Positions 34,054 to 40,447 of a DNA stretch of 40,447 bases are shown one piece after another. The first letter of the stretch is position 1. Each line of letters starts with the position of its first letter. Both the position numbers and the translations under genes were made by a program. The DNA is taken from positions 1-40,447 of the forward strand of contig JALAGF010001217.1 of NCBI GenBank assembly GCA_030167865.1. The letters are read 5' to 3'. The notes beneath the pieces are model-generated. The model did not search any database. It had not been told where the DNA came from and worked only from the letters and a program-made list of their open reading frames with translations. The DNA comes from Craspedostauros australis (lineage: Eukaryota).

Positions 34054-34126
34054 TAAGTAATAGCGGACTCGAACCACTAACTTTCTCGTTGTAAGCAAGA
34101 CACTCTACCAATTGAGTCAATTACTC
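34054..34126 (-). tRNA. trnV: tRNA-Val(UAC)
   Basis: TCTTG-CTTACAA-CGAGA. Confidence 0.95.
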
Positions 34127-34132
34127 TTTATT

Positions 34133-34206
34133 TGATGAAAGAGAGATTTGAACTCCCGACATTTGGATTATGATTCCAACATTCTAACCAACTGAACTAT
34201 TCCATC
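34133..34206 (-). tRNA. trnM: tRNA-Met(CAU), probably elongator
   Basis: TTGGA-ATCATAA-TCCAA. Confidence 0.85.
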
Positions 34207-34213
34207 ATTTGAA

Positions 34214-34801
34214 TTATAAAACATTTTTTCTCGAAATTTGTTTAAATAAAGATTGACCGTACGAAGTTTTGTTTGACTCAGGAAAAATTGTCAGAAAGGC
34301 CACACCAATAACAGCGATATATAAGATCAAACCCGCAACTAATATTTGCAGCAAATACTGTGTATAAAATACTTGACTTATAGCTAGTACATCTGTTAAT
34401 GCATCAATATTGTTATACCAATTTCCATAGATATTATAGTTTTGATCTTTTAAAGGAGAAATTGTTGAGAAAATCTTAGAGACTGCACCGTGGACTTCGA
34501 AAAATAAAACACCACCCAGCAAAATACCAACAGGCAAGTATAACCGTGTTATTTGCAACTCATGGTATTTTATGTCCAACATCATCACGACAAATAAAAA
34601 TAGGATTGCTATAGCGCCTAAATATATGATTAAAAAAAATAAAGCTAAAAACTCATTATCGGTTAAAAAAATTAGTAAAGATGCATGCAGAAAACAACTT
34701 ACTAAAAATAAAACAGAATGAAGTGGATTCTGAGCAAGGATTACCATTACTGCGCTAAGTATTAGTAAAGCGGAAAATATATATATTAAAGAAACTGTCA
34801 T
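34214..34801 (-). CDS. nad6: NADH dehydrogenase subunit 6
   Basis: NPLHSVLFLV, IYLGAIAILFLFVVMMLD. Confidence 0.98.
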   Translation of the reverse strand: MTVSLIYIFSALLILSAVMVILAQNPLHSVLFLVSCFLHASLLIFLTDNEFLALFFLIIYLGAIAILFLFVVMMLDIKYHELQITRLYLPVGILLGGVLFFEVHGAVSKIFSTISPLKDQNYNIYGNWYNNIDALTDVLAISQVFYTQYLLQILVAGLILYIAVIGVAFLTIFPESNKTSYGQSLFKQISRKNVL

Positions 34802-34802
34802 C

Positions 34803-34875
34803 TATCAGAGGCAGGATTCGAACCTACAAGTTTCAGGGCATGAACCTGATATGCTAACCTATGCACTTCCCTGAC
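34803..34875 (-). tRNA. trnM: tRNA-Met(CAU), probably initiator
   Basis: TCAGG-TTCATGC-CCTGA anticodon arm resembling mitochondrial fMet tRNAs. Confidence 0.85.
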
Positions 34876-34964
34876 TTAGCTATTAGACTATCTTACGTAA
34901 TTCCCGATCTTCAGTATTAAAAAGCTTTCTAAAGATTACTCTTGAACAATTGTTCAGGTAATTA

Positions 34965-35016
34965 TAGTAGATTGAGGATTTGAACCTCTTTATTAGTCAA
35001 ATATATTAACTCTACT
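34965..35016 (-). other. tRNA-like minihelix (t-element) abutting the 3' end of rns
   Basis: AGTAGA/TCTACT stem enclosing GTTAA-TATAT-TTGAC hairpin and GAGG-TTCAAAT-CCTC T arm. Confidence 0.65.
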
Positions 35017-35447
35017 GTATTCCAGCTACACGTTCCCGTACAGCTACCTTGTTACGACTTCATCCAAATCATCAGTCTCTCAATAGATTTTATTAAAATC
35101 TTCAAGCGAAACTAACTCTTTGCAAGTGACGGGCGGTGTGTACAAGGTCAAGTTACATGTTCACCGCAACGTTCTGATTTGCGATTACTAGTGATTCCAC
35201 CTTCATATAGACGAGTTGCAGCCTATAATCCGAACTGGGAAAATTTTTACAGATTAACTTAAAATTTCTTTTTTGTTACTCTTTGTAATTTTCATTGTAG
35301 CACGTGTGTAGCCCAATTCATCAGGGTCACATTGACTTGACTTAATTCTTACCTTCCATTAACTTATCGTTAATTGTCTCTTTAAAGCAATTAAGAGCAA
35401 AAACCCTTAGTTTGTCTCTATTATAGATAAGAGTTACGCCCGTTTCA

Positions 35448-35484
<37 letters not shown>

Positions 35485-35617
35485 AGTCGTGCAACACCTG
35501 TAATAATAATAATCCAAACAAAAATAAATTGTAAAATTAATTATTAATATGTCAAGAATTGGTAAGGTTTTGCGCGGATTATCGCATTAAACCACATGCC
35601 CCACCACTAGTGTTAGA

Positions 35618-35650
<33 letters not shown>

Positions 35651-36484
35651 ATCATACTCTTCAGGCGGGGTACTTATTGCGTTAGCTTGAAAGATCCAAC
35701 TTTTAAAAATTAAATCACAGTACCCAGAATTTACAATATGGACTACCAGGGTCTCTAATCCTGTTTGCTACCCATATTTTCGTCCCTCAACGTCAGTTTG
35801 TACCAAAAAGCCGCCTTCGCTGATGGCATTCCTTTATATATCTACAGATTTCACCCTTTCTTATAAAATTCTGCTTTTCTGTACCAAACTCGAAGTAAAA
35901 TAGTATTAATTGCAAAAGTTAAAATTAGGTTTTAAGATTTAACAAAAAACTTATTTTACAGTCTACGGACCCTTTACGCCCAATTAAGCCGAATAACGCT
36001 CGCCCCTCCCGTATTACCGCGGCTGCTGGCACGAGTATTTGCCGGGACTAAATTACTTTAAATAATGTCATTATCTTCTTTAATAAAAGAGCTTTACAAC
36101 TTTAATAAGCAGTCATCACCCATGTAGTATTGCTGGATCAAACTTTCGTTCATTGTCCAATATTCCACACTGCTGGCCAACATGTTAGCCTGGACCTTGT
36201 TTCAGTTCCAGTGTGGTTGATCATCCTCTCAGACCAACTAAAGATCGTAGGCTTGGTAAGCTTATAAATTACCAACTACCTAATCTTCAACAGAAACATC
36301 TCTTTGCGACTAAAGTCTTTGATTATTTGGAATTTTTACTTATAAAATAAGCTTTGTGCCAATCAAAAAGGCAGTTCTTCTGTTTTCTCCTCACCCGTTC
36401 GCCACGAAAAAAACTTTCGTTAGACTCGCATGTGTTAGGCATACTACTAGCGTTCATTCTGAGCCAGGATCAAACTCATATAAT
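35017..36484 (-). rRNA. rns: Small subunit rRNA (ends approximate)
   Basis: GAGTTTGATCCTGGCTCAG, GTGCCAGCAGCCGCGGTAATAC, AAACTCAAAGGAATTGACGG, AAGTCGTAACAAGGTAGC on minus strand. Confidence 0.98.
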
Positions 36485-36516
36485 ATTAATTAATAAGTAT
36501 TTATATACAATTTTTT

Positions 36517-36618
36517 AATTAATTTGAATTAAAATCTGAACAAAGGCGAAAAAATTAAACTAATTCGCCTTAAATTGATTTACAGAGCTAAAGTTTCCAA
36601 TAAAAATGTAAATTAATT
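36517..36618 (-). rRNA. Candidate divergent (possibly permuted) 5S rRNA
   Basis: 102-nt segment closed by AATTAATTT/AAATTAATT, with TCTG/CAGA helix and 8-bp AAGGCGAA/TTCGCCTT hairpin with 13-nt loop, immediately downstream of rnl; no 5S sequence motif recognised. Confidence 0.35.
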
Positions 36619-36623
36619 TTTAA

Positions 36624-39362
36624 AAACATTAAAAATAAGAAATTTTAATTTAGTACTTATTAGCTGAAAACCTTACAATTCTTACACACTAAGCCTATCT
36701 ATGTAGTAATCTTCCACATTAAAAAAAACGAATATCAAGAATAACTTCTCACTTAGATGCTTTCAGTGATTATTTATTATAAACGTAGCTACTCGACAAT
36801 GCAATAAGTCTTGCAATCGATTCACCAGAGGCTTACTTTTCCCAGTCCTCTCGTACTAAGGTCTACTTCTTACAATTTTATACTCTTATGGTAGATAGGG
36901 ACCAAACTGTCTCACGACGTTCTAAACTCAGATCATGTACCGCCTTCATTGGCGAACAGCCAAACCCTTGGAACCATTTACAGCTCCAGGATGCGATAAT
37001 CCAACATCGAGGTGCCAAACCACCCCGTCGATAGGGTCTCTAGAGGGTGATTAGCCTGTTATCCCTGGCGTACCTTTTATCCGTTGAGCGGTGACCTTTT
37101 CCATTCAGAATCACCGGATCACTATAACCGACTTACGTCCCTGCTTGATTTGTCAATCTTACAGTCAAGCAACCAATATACTATTATGCTTTAAAGAAGT
37201 TACACATCAACTTAAGGTTACCTTTTGTACGCCTCCGTTACTTTTTAGGAGGCGACCGCCCCAGTCAAACGACCCACCATACAATGTCTTCTAAATAAGT
37301 AACAAAAAATCTTCAGAGTGGTATTTCAAGGATGTTTAAATAGTTTACTAGCGTAACACATCAAAATGCAACTTTCCACTTATTCTATACAAAAAAAATT
37401 TTATTACAATGCATAATTATCGTAAAGGTGCCAGGGTCTTTCCGTCTAGCCACAAGAATCCTGCATCTTCACAGGAACTTTAATTTCACTGAGTCTGCGT
37501 TGGAGACAGTAGGACAGTCGTTACGCCATTCATGCAGGACACCAATTAAATGCCAAGGAATTTCGCTACCTTAGGACCGTCAGAGTTACAGCCGCCGTTT
37601 ACTGGGAGTTCGAGTTAAAGCCAAAAGACCTCTTCTTTTAATCTTACAGCACTGGGCAGGCGTCAGTTTCAATACATCTTCTTACAAATTAGCAGAAACT
37701 TGTGTTTTTAATAAACAGTCGCTGTCCTCGATTATGTGACAACACTTTCAGGGTTACCAAAAAGTGTCACTCCTTATTCCGAAGTTACAGAGTCAATTTG
37801 CCGAGTTCCTTCAACGCAGTTTTCTCAAGCACCTTAATTTACTAAACTAGTTCACCTGTGTTGGTTTAGGGTACGGTTTTATCTTTAAAGCTATTTCTTG
37901 AAAACACTAAAAAACCTAAATTTAAACTATAAAATTCAGATAGTCTTAATATTTTGTCACTTTTAAAAATTAGAAGATTTGTACTTTATTACTCATCAAA
38001 ATAAGATTATCATCTTTATCTTAGAGACCGAATTACTTAACCAAAACGATTTAATCTTGTTTTGGAAACCTTGAACTTAAGGTGACGATGTTTAACACCG
38101 TTTATCGTTACTCATATCAACATTATCACTTCTGATATCTCCAACCCATATAACTATGAATTTTCTTTGATTTACAGAACGTTCTGCTACCATTTTATTT
38201 AAAAATAAGTAAAATTTATAGTTTCGGCAAATAACTTTATTCCCTATACATTTTCTGGGCAAAAAAACTAGACCAATGAGCTGTTACGCTTTCTTTAAAG
38301 GGTGTCTGCTTCTAAGACTACCTCTCGGTTGTTTGTATTTTTTAACCCTTTTTAACTTAGTCATTTTTTGGGGCCTTAACCAATAATCAGGGCTGTTTCC
38401 CTCTTGGCTGTGAATCTTAGCACTCAAAGCCTGTCTGTTTAGCTTCCTTTTAATAAGTATTCGAAGTTTTACTAAATTCAATAAGACGTTAAGTCCCTAT
38501 CATTTAATAAGAGCTCTACCTCTTCCAAAGTAAATTCTAAACGTTCTACTAAAATAGATTTCGCAGAAAACCAGCTATCTCTAAGTTTGATTGGCCTTTC
38601 ACCCCTAATCACAAGTCATCCCAGCATTTTTCCACATACACGGGTTCGGTCCTCAATGAAGCGTTTCCGCTTCGACTTCAACCAGCTCATGATTAGATCA
38701 CTTAGTTTCGGGTCATATTTTAAAGACTTAATTGCAGTATTACAACTTATTTTTTTTACGCCTAAATAATTAAACTTTAGCTCGCCATTAAAATACACTT
38801 GTTGATCCATTATGCAAAAGGTACGCCGTTATTCTGTGTAATTGAACTACGACAATTTGTTGGCATTAAATTTTAAAAATTTTTCATTTTCGCGAAAATT
38901 CTTTCACTTTTCCCTCACGGTACTTTCCACTATTAGTCATTAAATCTCTAAGACTTCGAGGATGGTCCCCCGGTTTTTAATCAACACATGACTTGTATCA
39001 ATTTACTTACAAAAAATTTATATGCCGCTTCACAGGACTGATCTATTACGATTAACCTTCTTTGGGATACTTTTAAACGACACCTTAAATAAAAATTTTT
39101 CAGTCTTTTATCGCTTTCGTTCGCCACTAATCACGATATCTCGATTGATTTCAATAACCTAATTACTTAGATGATTCAGTTCATTAAGTTTTTAATTTTC
39201 TCTTAAAAGAAAAATTGCTTAAATCAATAAAACTCGATTTTTCGATCTATGAGAAATTACAAGTCTCAGTTAATAAAAAACTCATTGTAATATTTCGAAG
39301 TTAAACGCTCATTTAGATCTAATGCTTAAGTATCCTTTTAATGCTATAAATTTTTAATGTTT
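36624..39362 (-). rRNA. rnl: Large subunit rRNA
   Basis: Peptidyl-transferase motifs (GGCACCTCGATGT, TTTAGAACGTCGTGAGACAGTTTGG), sarcin-ricin loop AGTACGAGAGGAC; 12-bp terminal helix AAACATTAAAAA/TTTTTAATGTTT defines ends. Confidence 0.98.
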
Positions 39363-39378
39363 AAAATAGAAAAGTCGA

Positions 39379-39453
39379 GGTGAATAACAGGATTTGAACC
39401 TGTGACTCCTAGAATCACAACCTAGTACTCTAACCAACTGAGTTATATTCACC
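39379..39453 (-). tRNA. trnH: tRNA-His(GUG) with encoded G-1
   Basis: CTAGG-TTGTGAT-TCTAG; G-1:C73. Confidence 0.95.
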
Positions 39454-39686
39454 ATAATCTAGCTTTACATATCCCGGATGACTAGATAACATTAAGCAAT
39501 AAACTAAAAAAATTTTAACTGAAACGTTAAATGAAAATCCGTATAAAAAAATTTAAACGAAGTTTCCTGTATACGTTAAAAAAAACATTAAATCTTAAAA
39601 ATCACTCATAAATGTATTAAATTTACTAAAATCTATATGGTACACTTACGTGAATCAAATACGCGTATAATAACTCAAAACACAGC

Positions 39687-40447
39687 ATAATACTTTTAAT
39701 CACATTTGCCCGCGTGTGGTCTTAAGTTTTAAATCATTCCTAAATAATAAAAAAAGATTAAATTTCTATTTCACAAGAAATGAAACAATTCGTCAAGACC
39801 GTTTTGGAAAAACTAATACGTATTTTAACTTAATAACTATAAACCTCTCTAACGAAAAACTGCATAATCAATAAAAACACTCACATACGACCTATCAATA
39901 TAAAATATAACCATACTTATATTAAATATAACATATATTACCACCCAGATCACCCTCATTAACATTAAAAAACATTAATTCCCTTAAAACAGTCGATTGA
40001 ATAAAATGCTGTCATGTCTAATTTAAATACTTATATAGATACATTAAAGCAATTTTATACTACTATGTCCTTTTATGAATTCGTCAAATTTGAGTGCTAA
40101 GTACGTTATTTGAACCTTGAAGACTTTGAATCCGTCGATTTTACTTGTTTGTAACCTTAATTCGTAACACGAGTCTTCCGTCTAAAAAATCTTTAAACTT
40201 CTTTAAATTTACAAAATGCCATCAACCCGAATTTATTCTAAAATCGGACTAAATGATTAAAATCAACTAGCGATTCTTCTAATTTAATAACAAATTAACC
40301 CTAGAAAATTTTATCGCTGCCATTCCAATAATCACATCTATCCTTCATGCATTATTTCAAATATAATCTCATGCGAAAACTTAATAGTGACACCTTTTTT
40401 ATCAAAATTCACACAAAATCGAATAAAAAGACATATCAAAGACCTTT
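39687..40447. repeat. Large diverged direct repeat, copy A
   Basis: Collinear with 15-775; adjacent to copy B if the molecule is circular. Confidence 0.95.

Noticed and set aside
29787-35016. The two tRNA-like elements as mitochondrial tmRNA (ssrA)
   Set aside because: Neither has the G3:U70 alanine identity pair or a GGG-type acceptor, and no permuted acceptor strand is found downstream.
36624-39362. ORFs or introns inside rnl (37091-37294, 38284-38481, 38587-38810)
   Set aside because: The rRNA is continuous and of normal length (~2.7 kb), so the ORFs are chance frames.

Overview
An essentially complete, circular-mapping mitochondrial genome of a diatom, most likely a raphid pennate. The basis for that call is a split nad11a/nad11b, tatA plus tatC, rpl10, 24 tRNAs with no trnT, and the standard genetic code (trnW-CCA, TGA used as stop). 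It carries nad1-7, nad4L, nad9, nad11a/b, cob, cox1-3, atp6/8/9, 17 recognisable ribosomal protein genes plus a probable rpl31, rns and rnl. Most genes are on the minus strand. cox1 has a 2338-nt group IIA intron encoding an RT/maturase/HNH protein. The non-standard content is: (1) tRNA-like minihelices (acceptor stem + T arm, no normal D/anticodon arm) at gene junctions lacking a real tRNA, possibly an unannotated RNA-processing punctuation system; (2) a candidate divergent 5S rRNA and another structured spacer; (3) a decaying ~1.1-kb membrane-protein ORFan; (4) a ~136-aa insertion in Nad2; (5) diverged ~765-bp tandem repeats spanning the sequence ends. All calls were made by eye, with no database searches.
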